64,000 nucleotides of DNA, from NCBI GenBank assembly GCA_038747425.1, contig JBCDJV010000005.1:7137-71136 (forward strand), in the 5' to 3' direction. Below are positions 61,897 to 64,000 of this stretch, piece by piece. Positions within the stretch are counted from its first letter, which is position 1. Each line of letters opens with the position of its first letter. The notes under the pieces were generated by a model. The model saw nothing but the letters and a program-made list of their open reading frames with translations, had not been told where the DNA came from and searched no databases. Source of the DNA: Bacteroidota bacterium. Lineage in GTDB: Bacteria > Bacteroidota > Rhodothermia > Rhodothermales > JBCDJV01. The translations under genes were made by a program, and so were the position numbers.

Positions 61897-63139
61897 CTTG
61901 CATTCCTAGCGCGACGGACCTTCCCCGAGCATTCGCCGAAGCGGCCGCTCTTCAATCCATCTGGCTGGCTCCATCTTGCGCGAGCGCATTCCGGGGCTGG
62001 CTGACGGGCCCTGCACGTTTGCGGGCACACCCGAAGGTGTAGCTCGCACCCGGCTGGGCGGGAAGGCCTATCTCGTGAGGGGGTGCTGAGACACCCGCCA
62101 TCACTGGCGGCGCTGCAGGTACACGCCGCCGAAGCGTCGTCCATCTGCCCGCTCATACCGTCCCGCATGGGCATACGGGCCAGTGGCCATAGACTGGTAG
62201 TTCGATGTCCGGCAGGGTCCGCTCGGGGCCTCTTCCACGCACGGCCGAGACCATGCGTAGGAAAAAGATCACCCAGCTGACCAGCCTGCTGCTCGCACCA
62301 TGCGCCCGCGTTTCCGCGCAGCGCTCGTGCGTCCATCAGGGCCTAGGCGCCACGTCCTGGCCTTCGCTACACGCCTCCGTTAAGAGCCGATTCGTGTGCC
62401 GAGCAACGTGCGTGAGCGCGCCGCCCTGTACCCTTCCCGGCAAGGAGGGTCGGCCTCCGAGGAGACCGGTGTGTATCGCTGGCTAGGTGTGCCGTGCGGG
62501 GGGTCCTCGCTTCAAACCCACGGGATTCAGATGCCGAAACATCCTCCTTCCAGGGCCTCCACGATGCCGTTTCCCACACAACCTGTTCACAACACAGCCG
62601 TTGCTGCAGGGGGTTGCCTGTTCCGGTGAGCGGCGGTGTTCGGGCCGAGGCCCAGCTACGCGCTGCCCTGTGATGATCGCTTGTTGTGTGCGGCGCTGAA
62701 GCCAATCGGCCACACCGCGCTCCGCCTGCCTTTCATAGCCGCCGAGGCGGCATGCTAGGCTGCGCAAGCAGCGGGGACTTTTCGGCGCGCTCAGCACACC
62801 CGCGTCATCACCCGATGCAGGATCCGTTCTGCGGCAAGGGAGCCTTCGCCGTTACGTTGGCCGAGAGGCTTCCGCTGCGTGAACCAGGTTCTCGCAGCAT
62901 CCACTCCCCTTCCCCCGCCGTGCTCGACTCATCCTGTGTGGTGTCCTCCCTTTCGGGAGCCGACTCACGCCTTGCGGCGCTCGCCATACAGGTGCCTCTG
63001 CTCATCTCACAGCGCCTGCTAGGCAAGGCTGGGAGAGGACAAGGCTCTCATGCAGTCCAGAGATTCTCAGTCGCGTCAAGGAACGGTGCCGTGTGGCACT
63101 GATCCCAATATAGGGCGCGTGGGAGCCAGGTCAAGGGAA

Positions 63140-63510
63140 AGAGGTCCACAAAGAGCACACAGGATATTCACACCATACTGTGGAAAACCTGGCGAGGCCC
63201 GTGGAGCAAAAAGCCCGGCGTAGTAGCCAGGCCTTTGCTGCCCATGTTCGATGCGACTGATCGTGCGGCGCTGTGAGGCCTGCACGGCAGACTGCATGAG
63301 AGATGCCTGAATATACGACCTTCTTCTTCTACCGTCAATGATCAATAACGGCAATACACACAAATCTTTACAGATCAAGCCTCCATCACCCCCTACGCCA
63401 GATTGGGGCTTTGCAGCGCTTCGTAACGGTCTGTTAACACCAGCCTCGCGTGTCGGACCCATGCCCACAGGTAGCTCGTCAGCTTATTCCCCTGGCAATC
63501 AATAACGGGC
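63140..63510. other. Candidate replication origin (oriC)
   Basis: Non-coding and lower GC; DnaA-box-like ATATTCACA (63164), TGTGGAAAA (63179) and weaker copies; triplet run CTTCTTCTTCTA. Confidence 0.45.
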
Positions 63511-63512
63511 TA

Positions 63513-64000
63513 TCAGCCGCCGAGCAGACTCAGCACCTGGCTCGTGAACGCGTTCACCGCCCTGGGCTCAATCAGAATCGTCAGGATCAACCCCCCCAAT
63601 GCCCCGCCCAGGTGAGCTTCGTGGGCAATGCCTCCCACCGGCCCCTCGGGGCCCTCCTGCCGCATCGCGTAGATCGACCCCACGATGTACACCACCGCGA
63701 ACAACAGCGCAGGCATCGGTATGAAGAACACAAACAGACGCTGAAACGGGAAAAACAGACAGAACGCCAACACCACGCCGCTCACCGCCCCGGAGGCCCC
63801 CACCGCCGAGTAGTTCATGTCGTCGCGCTTCAACCACAACGACAACCCGTGGGCCGCTAACTCTGACCCCAGGTACAGCACCGCAAAGCCTCCAGACCCC
63901 AGCAGCAGCTCCAACTGGGGCCCGAAGAAGAACAGGGTGATCATGTTGAAGGCCAAATGCCCCAGCCCCACGTGCACGAAGCCCGCCGAGATCAGCCGGT
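63513..64000 (-). CDS. Rhomboid family intramembrane serine protease (5' end outside window)
   Basis: H....HLAFNM, GASG, AHEAHLGG. Confidence 0.92.
   Translation of the reverse strand, partial: RLISAGFVHVGLGHLAFNMITLFFFGPQLELLLGSGGFAVLYLGSELAAHGLSLWLKRDDMNYSAVGASGAVSGVVLAFCLFFPFQRLFVFFIPMPALLFAVVYIVGSIYAMRQEGPEGPVGGIAHEAHLGGALGGLILTILIEPRAVNAFTSQVLSLLGG

Overview
High-GC bacterial chromosome segment. Gene content and order (parA-parB-DUF5683, stand-alone dnaK, sdhCDAB, pgsA-cinA-recA, Rne/Rng) point to the Bacteroidota-Chlorobi-Rhodothermota group, most likely a Rhodothermales-like organism (inference). The left ~31 kb is accessory. It holds a LacD/GatZ tagatose-type pair, a Kelch protein, a membrane AraC + TonB receptor + two exported PTP-family phosphatases (one split at a C10 tract), and two tandem tricorn proteases. 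It also has a DUF998 gene disrupted by a 161-bp MITE, a metal-homeostasis-like cluster, a Crp-SRPBCC-lactonase module and several pseudogene scars. The right half is mostly core: recA, cinA, pyrE, pgsA, dnaK, rne with a VNTR-bearing disordered tail, sdhCDAB, parAB, a serine palmitoyltransferase + ceramide-synthase-like pair, and a divergent CheB/CheR-PAS / hybrid kinase pair. A ~1.7 kb ORF-poor stretch near the right end has clustered DnaA-box-like sites and may be oriC. I recognised no rRNA, tRNA, CRISPR array or transposase gene. All family calls come from motif recognition by eye; no database searches were run.
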